Below, in pieces: positions 18,889-27,837 of a DNA stretch of 59,221 nucleotides. Position numbers and translations under genes: made by a program. The notes below the pieces were generated by a model. It did not search any database and had not been told where the DNA came from. It saw only the letters and a program-made list of their open reading frames with translations. Each line of letters opens with the position of its first letter. The first letter of the stretch is position 1. The stretch comes from an uncultured bacterium (GTDB lineage Bacteria > Lernaellota > Lernaellaia > Lernaellales > Lernaellaceae). Location: NCBI GenBank assembly GCA_964534375.1, contig CAZHPN010000009.1, positions 1 to 59,221 on the forward strand. Direction: 5' to 3'.

Positions 18889-20469
18889 TCAGCGGCACGC
18901 CGGCGCGTTCGCCTCGGGAAAAACCACAAACGCATACGACGCCGGCGGCAGCGCGAATGCGCCGGTACGATCGCCCGCGATCGGCGGCAGCGGGGGCGGC
19001 GAGCCGTCGGCCGCCGCGGCCAGCGACTTGCCGTTGAGCAGCGTGGTTTTGCCGAAGAGGTCCGGCGCGGTCAGCAGATAGACTTCGGAAGCCAGGCCGG
19101 CGAACTGCGCGACGCGGAAGGTCGCCGTGTTTTCCACGTCCAAATTGAGCAGCAACGCCGTGACGGCGCCCGGGCGTCCGGGCGTGCAATGGGCGTAGGC
19201 GCGGGCCGCAGGGTCCGTGGCCGGCAGCGCGGCGTTCAGCGCCTGCGGGCCCATCAGCCGTTTCCAGAGCAGCGAGTTCCAGTAGTCGGGGTTCGGCACG
19301 AGGGTTGCGTCGTCGATGAGGCCGTAATCCGAACCCGACAGCGTCTGGCGCACGACGAATTGCTGCCCGGCCCGCGCCATCAAACCCAGCTCGTCAAGCC
19401 ACCAGAGCCCCGACACGAAACGATCGGAAAGGCCCGGTTGGCCGCCGCATTGCGCGTTGCCGGTCTCGCCGAGGGCGACGGCCGCCTGCGGCGCGTGGCC
19501 GTTGCGCAAGGCGAGCACCTGCTGCGACCAGCGCGAGACTTCGTTCAAATGCGTCGCCGCCAGCATCGCCCACGGCGAAGCCGGCTGGGTGGCGATCGGG
19601 CAGCGCCGCGACTGCTGCGGGTAAAAATGCCACGTGACGACGTCGGGCCGCCCGCCGTGCTCCAGAAACGACGGCAGCAACGGCGGCAACTCGCCGATCG
19701 CGGGCCAATACGCGCTCGCCGGCCCGGCGATCAGCGCCCCCGGCGCCGCCGCGTTCGCCAGGGTCCGCAGCGTCGCCATGTCGTGCGCATATTGCGCGCC
19801 GCTGACGCCCGAAAAGAGGCCGAAGGTCACGAGATACGCGTTGACCTCGTTGCCGAGCTCCCAGATGCGCACGGGATACTGCCGGCCCGCCGTGTATTCC
19901 ATCAGCGCGCGGGCGTTGTCGGGCCGCCAATTCTTGTGCGCGTCGCGCGCGCCGGGACCGGCGTTGAGCGTGAACAGCACGTCGAAGCCGGAGGCGATCG
20001 CGAACTGATTCGCGCTGTCCCAGATCGTGTGCGTCATCACGTAACTGTCGTGCGGCGGCGGCGTTGTGACAGGCGTGCCGCTCATGTCGTAGAAAATCAC
20101 ATCGGCTTCCGTGCCGCCGAGGCGCAAATACGCCGGCGCCAGTTCGCGGGCCAGCCGCCGCAGCCGCGGCCGCGTGAAATCGTACGGGCTGACTCTTTCT
20201 TTGGCGGCGCCGCCGGCCGCCCCGTACGGCGCCCACCACATGCCGCCGATCATTTCGGAACTGTCGACGGCCACCGACAGGAAGCGCGCATCCACGACCT
20301 GCATCGGCGCGGCCAGCGCGAGGCGGAGCGGAATCTCCGGCAGCGAGGCGACGGCGTCATTGGGCAGCGGCGCCGATTCGTCGGGCGCGCACGCCATGGC
20401 GAGCACCAGGCCGAAGAAGACGAAGACGACGACGCGAATTCGTTGGAGCGCGGGCGGGTTGGCGGCCAA
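18889..20469 (-). CDS. Glycoside hydrolase family 79 (heparanase/beta-glucuronidase-like), predicted lipoprotein
   Basis: YLRLGGTEAD, WELGNE (acid/base), LGETG (nucleophile), VVRQTL..SDYGL, PNPDYW. Probable TTG start at 20469 with AGGGGA RBS and lipobox-like LAMAC. Confidence 0.85.
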   Translation of the reverse strand: MAANPPALQRIRVVVFVFFGLVLAMACAPDESAPLPNDAVASLPEIPLRLALAAPMQVVDARFLSVAVDSSEMIGGMWWAPYGAAGGAAKERVSPYDFTRPRLRRLARELAPAYLRLGGTEADVIFYDMSGTPVTTPPPHDSYVMTHTIWDSANQFAIASGFDVLFTLNAGPGARDAHKNWRPDNARALMEYTAGRQYPVRIWELGNEVNAYLVTFGLFSGVSGAQYAHDMATLRTLANAAAPGALIAGPASAYWPAIGELPPLLPSFLEHGGRPDVVTWHFYPQQSRRCPIATQPASPWAMLAATHLNEVSRWSQQVLALRNGHAPQAAVALGETGNAQCGGQPGLSDRFVSGLWWLDELGLMARAGQQFVVRQTLSGSDYGLIDDATLVPNPDYWNSLLWKRLMGPQALNAALPATDPAARAYAHCTPGRPGAVTALLLNLDVENTATFRVAQFAGLASEVYLLTAPDLFGKTTLLNGKSLAAAADGSPPPLPPIAGDRTGAFALPPASYAFVVFPEANAPACR

Positions 20470-20701
20470 AGGCGTCCCCTTTGCGGATGAATCGAGGATT
20501 CGATTTTTTACCACCGATTGGGGGGCGTTGGAACCCGCGCGTCCGCCGGTCGCCGACGGACTCACGGCCGTTGCTTGACGCGCGCGCTGGGCCTGCTTAA
20601 GCGTTGTTACGAGGGAGAGTATCGGGCGATAGCTTTCCACCGGTTTCGGACGCTGCCGAACGGCGTCGCAGGGCGGAGTGGGCAACGTGGGTTGGATCGG
20701 C

Positions 20702-23080
20702 ATGCTCCTGCAAGCCCGGTTGGACGCGGTTTACCTCGTCTACGGGTTGTCGTTCGTCGTCGCCGGGGTCGCCATCTTGGCCCAGCCCCGGGTGCGCGGC
20801 CAGTATTTGCTGGCGGACATCGTTTGGTTGTATGTGGCCTACGCCCTGATTCACGCGCCGTCCGACTTCATCTACGCCGGGTTGGCCGATGTGGGCCGGA
20901 ACGAGACGGCGTGGCGCATCGCGAAAGCGTTGACGTTGGTCTCGCATCTTTTCCTGTTCGAGTTCGCGCGCCGCTTGATTGCGTTCTCGGGAAAGCTGCG
21001 GATTCCGTGGTGGACGCCGGCGATCATCGCCGCCGCGGCGGCGGCCGTCAGCATCGCGTCGGCCGACTCCTGGTCGACCGCGGACGCGTTGACGGGTTAT
21101 CTGATCCGCACGCCGGCCGGGATTCTCGCCGCCGCCGGCTTCGTTCTGTATCCCGCGGCCGATGAGCGGTTCGCCCAGGTGCAGCGGGCGAAACCGTACT
21201 TCCAGATCGCCGCCGCGACGCTTCTGGTTTGGACGTTGCTCTTCGGACTGGTGCGCTCGCGCGCCGATTTCTTCCCGGCGAATTGGCTGAATTCCGACTC
21301 GTTTCGGGCGTTCGTCGGGGCGCCGGTCGAAATCTTCCGGACCGGGTGCGGCATCGTGATGGTTTGGACCATCGCCATGATCCTGCGGATTTTCCACTGG
21401 GAGAGCATCAACGCCGTGCAGCGGATTCAAGCCGAAGCGCACTTTCGCCGGCGCCTCCAGGACGCCTTGGACATTCAAACCGCGACCAACACGGTGCTGC
21501 ATCTGGGGCTCGAGGAAGGCACGCTCGACACGATCCTGGGCAGGGCGCTCAACGAAATCATTTCGATCCCGTGGCTGTCCGTTGAACGGAAGGGCGCGGT
21601 CCTATTGGCCGACGCGGCGTCGCGCGTTCTGCAAATGCGCGCCGAACAGGGCCTGTCCACGGAAATTTGCCGAGCCTGCGCGCGAATCCCCTACGGCAGC
21701 TGCCTCTGCGGGCGCGCCGTCGAATCCTCCACGGTGCTCTTCGCCGACCACGTGGACGAACGTCACGAGATCCACTACCACCGCATGACCGATCACGGGC
21801 ACTACGTCGTCCCGATGCGCTTGCATGACGTCACGATCGGCGTCCTGAGCTTGTACCTGAAGGCAGGACACGTCCGCGATCCGAAAGAGGAAGAGTTTCT
21901 GCTGGCGATCGCCGCCGTGCTCTCGGGCATCGTCGTGCGCAAGCGGGCCGAAGAGGCGCTGCGGGACAGCCGGCGACAGCAGCGCGCGCTGCTGGACAAC
22001 ATCCCCGACCGGGCCTGGTTGAAGGACAAGGACGGTCGGCTGATCGCCATCAACGAGGCGTACGCGCAGGCGTTCCACATGGGCGCCGAGTCGATCATTG
22101 GGAAAACGGACGCCGATCTCTGGCCGCCGGCCGTTGCGACGCGGTTCCGCGCCGACGACGTGGAAGTCATGCGCTCCGGAAAACGGAAGCCCCTCGAGGA
22201 GGCGGTGCCCGGCCCCGACGGCGCCGCCGTTTGGTTTGCGACGGTCAAGACGCCGATTTTCGACGATCGCGGCGAGGTGGCCGGAACCGCCGGCATCGCC
22301 CGCGACATCACCGACCAGAAAGACCGCGAGCGGGAGCTTCGCGAGGCCCTGGTGGAAGCGCGGGAAGCGGAAACGCTGAAGGCGCGCATCGTGGCCAATT
22401 TGAGCCACGAGATTCGCACGCCGCTCAACCACGTCATCGGCCTGACGTCGATTTTGCAGAAGGAACCCGAGCTGCCGCTCGCAGAGCGCCTGACGTATCT
22501 GGACATGATCAAACGCGGGGGTCTGTCGACGCTGCGTCTGGCGACGTCCGTGCTCGATCTGTCGACCATTCAGTCGGACCATCGGCCGCCGGTTTGCCGA
22601 CCGTTTCCGTTCCGCGAATCGCTGACGGAGATCGGCGCGCGTTTTGCCGCGCAGGCGTCGGAAAAAGGGTTGCGCTTCGCCTCGCGCCTCGATCCGCGAC
22701 TGCCGGACCGGCTCGCCGGGGACCCGGAGCTGCTCGAAAAAGTCCTGGACAATCTGCTCGACAACGCCGTCAAATTCACCGCCGCCGGCGGCGTGGAATT
22801 GCACGCCGAACTCGCGGCCGAGCGCGGCGAGGAACTCGACGTGTCGTTCGTCGTGACCGACACCGGCGTCGGGATCGCCGGCGAGGATCTGGACAAAGTG
22901 TTCGAATCGTTTTTCCGGGCGCCGAACTCGTTGCCGAGCGGCGTCTTCGGCGCGGGGCTCGGCCTGACCATCGCCAAAGAAATTTCGCTACGGCTCGGCG
23001 CCCGCCTCGAAGCGGCCAGCGAGGTCGGCGAGGGCAGCTCTTTTCGTTTCCTCTGCCCGTTCCGCCGCGCGGCCGCGTGA
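20702..23080 (+). CDS. Sensor histidine kinase (multi-TM, GAF, PAS, HisKA, HATPase)
   Basis: Hydrophobic N-terminus, CLCGRA GAF, PAS WLKDKDGR, LSHEIRTPLN, NLLDNAVKFT, DTGVGI, GAGLGL. Start could also be GTG 20678. Confidence 0.92.
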   Translation: MLLQARLDAVYLVYGLSFVVAGVAILAQPRVRGQYLLADIVWLYVAYALIHAPSDFIYAGLADVGRNETAWRIAKALTLVSHLFLFEFARRLIAFSGKLRIPWWTPAIIAAAAAAVSIASADSWSTADALTGYLIRTPAGILAAAGFVLYPAADERFAQVQRAKPYFQIAAATLLVWTLLFGLVRSRADFFPANWLNSDSFRAFVGAPVEIFRTGCGIVMVWTIAMILRIFHWESINAVQRIQAEAHFRRRLQDALDIQTATNTVLHLGLEEGTLDTILGRALNEIISIPWLSVERKGAVLLADAASRVLQMRAEQGLSTEICRACARIPYGSCLCGRAVESSTVLFADHVDERHEIHYHRMTDHGHYVVPMRLHDVTIGVLSLYLKAGHVRDPKEEEFLLAIAAVLSGIVVRKRAEEALRDSRRQQRALLDNIPDRAWLKDKDGRLIAINEAYAQAFHMGAESIIGKTDADLWPPAVATRFRADDVEVMRSGKRKPLEEAVPGPDGAAVWFATVKTPIFDDRGEVAGTAGIARDITDQKDRERELREALVEAREAETLKARIVANLSHEIRTPLNHVIGLTSILQKEPELPLAERLTYLDMIKRGGLSTLRLATSVLDLSTIQSDHRPPVCRPFPFRESLTEIGARFAAQASEKGLRFASRLDPRLPDRLAGDPELLEKVLDNLLDNAVKFTAAGGVELHAELAAERGEELDVSFVVTDTGVGIAGEDLDKVFESFFRAPNSLPSGVFGAGLGLTIAKEISLRLGARLEAASEVGEGSSFRFLCPFRRAAA

Positions 23081-23149
23081 CGGCGCCGGCGCAGCTATGG
23101 CGAGTTGGTAATATTCCGGAGCCAGATAGGAAATTCGGAAAAACACCTC

Positions 23150-23181
23150 GTTGATCCCGTTGATCGTGTTGATCCTGTCAA
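23150..23181. repeat. 9-bp tandem repeat (GTTGATCNN)x3 ending GATCCTGTCAA
   Basis: GTTGATCCC GTTGATCGT GTTGATCCT GTCAA, intergenic. Confidence 0.75.
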
Positions 23182-23269
23182 AATAATCGTTCCCGGGTCG
23201 CATCGCCAAACGGCGGCGATTGTTTTATAACACTCGGGCGCCGCCATTCCGAATGACCGAGGACGAACG

Positions 23270-24136
23270 ATGCCAGGCTTTTTCGACGTTCCCGCGCCCT
23301 ATGACCGGCCGGAGACCGCCCGCGCGGCGATCGTGCCGATTCCGTACGAACGATCGGTTTCGTACGGCCGCGGGGCGAGCGGCGGGCCGGCCGCGATTTT
23401 GGCCGCGAGCCGGCAGGTCGAGCATTACGACGAGGTGCTGAAGTGCGAGCCGTACCGCGCCGGCATCGCGTCGGAGCCGGTCGGGGCCAAGACGAAAATC
23501 AGCGCGCTTTCGCCGCCACGGATGATCGATCGTTTCAGCGCCGTCGTCGGCAAGCATCTCGGCGCCGGCCGGTTTCCGGTGACGCTCGGCGGCGAACACA
23601 CGATCGCCCTCGCGCCGTTCGCCGCGGCGATTCGCCGATATCCCAATTTGCACGTCCTGCATTTCGACGCGCACGCCGATCTGCGCGACACGTATCGCGA
23701 CGATCCGTATTCGCACGCCTGCGTCGCGCGGCGCATGGCGGAAAAGGCGCCGCTCGTGCAACTGGGAATTCGTTCGTACGACAAAGAGCAGGCGGACGCG
23801 ATCCCCGATTTGCCCGTGCGCATTTTGCACGCGCACGAAATCCACGCCGGGCGCGACCCGGTGAAATTCGCCGCGCGGCATCTGGGCGACCCGGTTTATC
23901 TGACCGTCGACCTCGACGTTTTCGATCCGGCCGAGGTCCCGGCCACGGGCACGCCGGAGCCGGGCGGGCTGCATTGGCGCGATGTGGACCGCGTGCTCGA
24001 ATGGCTCTTCGCCAACCGCACCGTCGTCGCGATGGATGTCGTCGAACTCGCGCCGATTCGCGGCTGGCCGGCCGCCGATTTTCTCGCGGCGCGCCTGATC
24101 TACCGCGCGATCGGCCGCCGCTGGTCCGGCGCTTGA
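23270..24136 (+). CDS. speB: Agmatinase (ureohydrolase family)
   Basis: GGEHT, FDAHADLRD, YSHAC, DLDVFDP, ATGTPEPGG metal-binding motifs. Confidence 0.88.
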   Translation: MPGFFDVPAPYDRPETARAAIVPIPYERSVSYGRGASGGPAAILAASRQVEHYDEVLKCEPYRAGIASEPVGAKTKISALSPPRMIDRFSAVVGKHLGAGRFPVTLGGEHTIALAPFAAAIRRYPNLHVLHFDAHADLRDTYRDDPYSHACVARRMAEKAPLVQLGIRSYDKEQADAIPDLPVRILHAHEIHAGRDPVKFAARHLGDPVYLTVDLDVFDPAEVPATGTPEPGGLHWRDVDRVLEWLFANRTVVAMDVVELAPIRGWPAADFLAARLIYRAIGRRWSGA

Positions 24137-24188
24137 CGCTGCCCGCGAAACCCCTAATCTACGAAAACCACGTTCTCCGAGGATATTG

Positions 24189-25181
24189 ATGGCTTCCGAT
24201 GGCAACGAATTTCCGGTCGCCGGCGTGCGCCCGCTGATCCAGCCGCCCGATCTCGAGGCGTTCCGCGAGCACAACCGCCGCCGCAACAAGGCGCTCGTCG
24301 ACAAGCGCATGACCGAAGAAGAGGCGATCGCGCGCTTCGTCAACGACGGCGACTACCTCGGCTTCGAGCTGTACGGCTCGGTGCGCTGCCCGATGTCGCT
24401 GACGCGCGCGCTCATTCGCAGCGGCAAGCGCGGCTTCGATTTGGCGGGCCAGGGCGTGCACGAGGCCGACCTGCTGCTGGCGGCGCACCTCATCGAGCGC
24501 ATCGACTGCACCTACATCGGGCAGGAAGTGTACGGGGTCAGCCCGTGCCTGCGCCGCGAGGTCGAGTCGGGCCGCGTCCGGCAGGTGATCGAATGGTCGA
24601 ACGGCGCGATCACCTGGCGCTTCAAGGCCGCGTCGATGGGCGTGCCGTTTCTGCCGACGTATTCCATGCTCGGCTCCGACACGTTCACGTACAGCGCGGC
24701 GCAGTCGATCGTCGATCCGTTCACGGGGCGGCGCGTGGCCTTGCTGCCGGCGCTGGTGCTCGACGTCGGCTTCATTCACGTCGCGCGCGCCGACAAATAC
24801 GGCAACTGCCAGGTCGACGGCGTCAGCGGCTTTGCGCACGAAATGGCGCGCGCCTCGAAGCGGCTGATTGTCTCGGCGGAAGAGATCGTCGATTCCGAGG
24901 TGTTTCGCCGCGAGCCGGAGCGCACGATTATCCCTTGGTACATCGTCGACGCCGTGGTGCACGCGCCGTTCGGCTCGTGGCCCGGCGAAATGACCGGCTA
25001 TTACGAACGTGACGAAGAGCATTATCGCAATTTCATCGAAACCGTGCAAAAGCCCGAAGGGGCCGAACGCTATATGAAAGAATGGGTAGTGGAGATTCCC
25101 AACCATCGCGCCTTGCTGGAGAAGATCGGCGCGGCGCGGCTCGACGGTCTCTTGATTCGCAACGGGAGGAAGCCCCAATGA
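24189..25181 (+). CDS. Family I CoA-transferase alpha subunit (GctA/CatI-like)
   Basis: AASMGVPFLP...GSD, DVGFIHVARADKYGN, VDAVVHAPFGSWP; GAGGA RBS. Confidence 0.88.
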   Translation: MASDGNEFPVAGVRPLIQPPDLEAFREHNRRRNKALVDKRMTEEEAIARFVNDGDYLGFELYGSVRCPMSLTRALIRSGKRGFDLAGQGVHEADLLLAAHLIERIDCTYIGQEVYGVSPCLRREVESGRVRQVIEWSNGAITWRFKAASMGVPFLPTYSMLGSDTFTYSAAQSIVDPFTGRRVALLPALVLDVGFIHVARADKYGNCQVDGVSGFAHEMARASKRLIVSAEEIVDSEVFRREPERTIIPWYIVDAVVHAPFGSWPGEMTGYYERDEEHYRNFIETVQKPEGAERYMKEWVVEIPNHRALLEKIGAARLDGLLIRNGRKPQ

Positions 25182-26014
25182 GCCCGAATCCCGAATCCCG
25201 AGCCCCGAATCCCGAGTCCCGAGTCCCGAATCCCGAATCCCGGGCCCCGAATCCCGCGCCGTATAGCGACAGCGAATTGTTGATCTGCCTGGCGAGCCGG
25301 CTGGTCGAAGACGGCTCGATGGCGTTCATCGGCACCGGCATCCCCATGCTCGCCGCCTCGCTCGCCCAACGCCTGCGCGCGCCCAACCTGCTGCCGGTCT
25401 TCGAATTCGGCGGCCTGGGCGCGGAACTCGAGAAGTTGCCGCTGGCCGTGGGCGACATGCGCACCTTCAACCGGTCGCTGTACGCGTCGAGCATCTGCGA
25501 GGTGATGGAGACGGCGCAGCGCGGGTTCATCGAGTACGGCTTCATCGGCGGCGCGCAGATCGACCGCTACGGCAACCTCAATTCGACGCTGATCGGCCAT
25601 CCGGACAAAGTGAAAGTGCGGCTGCCGGGCTCGGGCGGCGCGAACGACATCGGGTCGCTCGTCTGGCGCACGATCATCATCATGCGGCAGGACACGAAGC
25701 GCTTCATCGAGAAGATCGACTTCGTCACCACGCCCGGATATCTGACCGGCCCGGGCGCGCGCGCCGCCGCCGGGCTGCCGGCCGGCTGCGGGCCGTATCG
25801 CGTCGTCACCAATCTCGGCGTGATGGGCTTCGACGAGGCGACGTGCCGCATGAAGCTGCTCGCGCTCAACCCCGGCGTGACCGTCGCGCAGGCGCAGGCC
25901 AACACCGGCTTCGAGCTGCCGATCGCGGACCGCGTCGAACAAAACGAGGCGCCGACCGCCGAAGAACTCCGCGTATTGCGCGAACAGGTCGACCCCGACG
26001 GGCTGTACCGGTAA
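25178..26014 (+). CDS. Family I CoA-transferase beta subunit (GctB/CatJ-like) with repeat-encoded N-terminus
   Basis: GGAGG RBS and ATGA overlap; FIGTGIP, VFEFGG (candidate catalytic Glu), GGAQIDRYGNLN, RLPGSGGAND, FVTTPG. Confidence 0.9.
   Translation: MSPNPESRAPNPESRVPNPESRAPNPAPYSDSELLICLASRLVEDGSMAFIGTGIPMLAASLAQRLRAPNLLPVFEFGGLGAELEKLPLAVGDMRTFNRSLYASSICEVMETAQRGFIEYGFIGGAQIDRYGNLNSTLIGHPDKVKVRLPGSGGANDIGSLVWRTIIIMRQDTKRFIEKIDFVTTPGYLTGPGARAAAGLPAGCGPYRVVTNLGVMGFDEATCRMKLLALNPGVTVAQAQANTGFELPIADRVEQNEAPTAEELRVLREQVDPDGLYR
25183..25259 (+). repeat. Heptamer tandem repeat, 11 units of CCCGAAT/CCCGAGT, inside a CDS
   Basis: Units counted directly; encodes PNPESRA-PNPESRV-PNPESRA-PNP. Confidence 0.92.
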
Positions 26015-26036
26015 ACACAGGGGCCGTCGGCCGGAT

Positions 26037-26059
26037 ATCGATCCGGTCGATCCTGTCAA
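26037..26059. repeat. 9-bp repeat remnant ending GATCCTGTCAA
   Basis: ATCGATCCG GTCGATCCT GTCAA between convergent genes; same terminal 11-mer as the 23150 repeat. Confidence 0.6.
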
Positions 26060-26071
26060 GAAAACTCCGCA

Positions 26072-26944
26072 TCACCTCGCCGGCGCTTCGCGCCGCATTC
26101 CCAGCAGCGCGGCCCCGACGAGCACGCAGGCGATGCCGAGGCCGTGCGCGAACCGGATCGTTTCGCCGAAAATCGTCACCGCCGCGAGCAGGATCGTGCA
26201 CAGCCGGCAGCATGTCGCCACCGGCGAGACCACGCTGGCGCGGCCGTTGGCGAAGGCGGTTTGGATGAACACGCCGGCGAGAACGTAGCCGAGCAGCACC
26301 ACATAAATGGGATAATCGGCGGCGCCGGCGACCCAGACGTCGAAGCGCGCGAGCGTGAAATCCCCGCCGACGCGCGCCAGCACGCGTTGGGTCAGCAGCT
26401 TCTGCATCATGTTGGACAGGCCGAAAATCAAGCCCGCCGACACGGCCAGCGTGATTTCGGCGGTGAAGCCGAACCTTCGCGCCGCCAGCGCCGCGACGGT
26501 GAGGATCGCGGTCGCCGCCGCGAACAGCAGCAAGGCGCGGTTGCCGGGAACCGCCGAATCGGCGCCGCCCGCGGCCTGCGCCACCACGATGACGCCGGCG
26601 AAAACCAGGCCGATGCCCGCCCATTCCACCGGCGCGACTTTTTCCCTGAGAAACACGACGCCGATGAGCGCCGCCACCGCCGCGGTCAGGCAGGTGATCG
26701 GCAGCACGGCCGCGATGCCGGCGCGCCCCTGCGCGGTCATGAACACCAGCCAGCCGGCGATCATCAGCGCAATGCCGCCGGTCCAGCTTCGATTGGCGAT
26801 CAACGTCCGGAGCACCGGACCGATCTGCCCGAAGAAGTCGCGCAACGATATTTGCGGAAACGCCCCCGAGACGCCGCGCTTTTGCAGGACCACGCCGACG
26901 CCCCAGCACAGGCTGGCGATCACCGCGAGCAAGATCGGATTCAT
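26072..26944 (-). CDS. DMT/EamA-family transporter
   Basis: Start ATG 26944 in an ATGA overlap. Multiple TM helices, GVVFLREKV..EWAGI and IFGETI...LGI repeats. Confidence 0.8.
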   Translation of the reverse strand: MNPILLAVIASLCWGVGVVLQKRGVSGAFPQISLRDFFGQIGPVLRTLIANRSWTGGIALMIAGWLVFMTAQGRAGIAAVLPITCLTAAVAALIGVVFLREKVAPVEWAGIGLVFAGVIVVAQAAGGADSAVPGNRALLLFAAATAILTVAALAARRFGFTAEITLAVSAGLIFGLSNMMQKLLTQRVLARVGGDFTLARFDVWVAGAADYPIYVVLLGYVLAGVFIQTAFANGRASVVSPVATCCRLCTILLAAVTIFGETIRFAHGLGIACVLVGAALLGMRREAPAR

Positions 26945-27819
26945 CGGTTCTCCAGCGTGAACCGCGTGATCTCCGGCGGGCAGAGGAAGCGGACGCGGAC
27001 GGCGGAATAGCCGAGGCCGCGATTGACGTACATCTGCAGATCGCCGCGGCGGTAGAGGCCCTGCTCGTAACGGCCGCTGCCGTAGGGCAGGACGACTGCG
27101 CCGAGAAACGGCAGGCGGACCTGACCGCCGTGCGTGTGCCCGGCGACAAGCAAGTCGATCCGATAACGGCTGAGGCGCAAGGCGTCGGCGACGATCGGCT
27201 CGTGCGAAAGCAGCACCGTGCACAACTCCCGGGGCTGACGGCCCAGGGCCGCCTCGTATTGCGGGTTGCCGGCGCGCCAATCGTCGATGCCGGCGAGAAA
27301 AAAGGCGCCGTTGTTCCATTCGACGACCAGGCCTTCGTTGCAGAGCACGCGCGCGCCGAGTTGGGTCAGTTTCCACGCCAGGCCGCGTTTCCACGTGCCG
27401 GCCAGGCGCTCCCAATTTCCGGGCACGAACACCAACGGCTGCGCGGCGCGCAGGCTCGCCAGCCATTCGAGGCACGGGTCGAGCAGCGCGTAGTCCTCCA
27501 CCAAATCGCCGGTGACGAAAATGAAGTCGGCGTGCATGGCGTTGACCAGGTCGCGCACGCGGTTCATGAAGCGGCTCGGGCCGTGCATGTGCAGGTCGGA
27601 AATCTGCACGACGGTCGCCGGCCCCGGGAAATCCCGCAGCGCGAGAGGCACGTCTTCGACGACGATTCGCTCCGGCTCGACGGCCGTGCTGTCGATGAGG
27701 CCCGCCGCGGGCACAGCGAACGCGACGCCGACCCCGGTCAGAAACTGTCGCCGCGTTATCGCGCGCGGTTGCGGGGCCGCCGGGGCGGCAGCGATCAGCG
27801 TCGATTCGTCGTTGTTCAT
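26941..27819 (-). CDS. Metallophosphoesterase (YkuE/YaeI-like) with Tat-like signal
   Basis: TRRQFL; QISDLH, TGDLV, VPGNWE, LLSHEP, AGHTHGGQV, VNRGLG. Confidence 0.88.
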   Translation of the reverse strand: MNNDESTLIAAAPAAPQPRAITRRQFLTGVGVAFAVPAAGLIDSTAVEPERIVVEDVPLALRDFPGPATVVQISDLHMHGPSRFMNRVRDLVNAMHADFIFVTGDLVEDYALLDPCLEWLASLRAAQPLVFVPGNWERLAGTWKRGLAWKLTQLGARVLCNEGLVVEWNNGAFFLAGIDDWRAGNPQYEAALGRQPRELCTVLLSHEPIVADALRLSRYRIDLLVAGHTHGGQVRLPFLGAVVLPYGSGRYEQGLYRRGDLQMYVNRGLGYSAVRVRFLCPPEITRFTLENR

Positions 27820-27825
27820 TGGTGC

Positions 27826-27831
27826 ACTATA
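27826..27831 (-). promoter_or_regulatory. -10 element TATAGT, probable leaderless start
   Basis: TATAGT lies 6 nt before ATG 27819; no RBS visible. Confidence 0.45.
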
Positions 27832-27837
27832 AGATCG

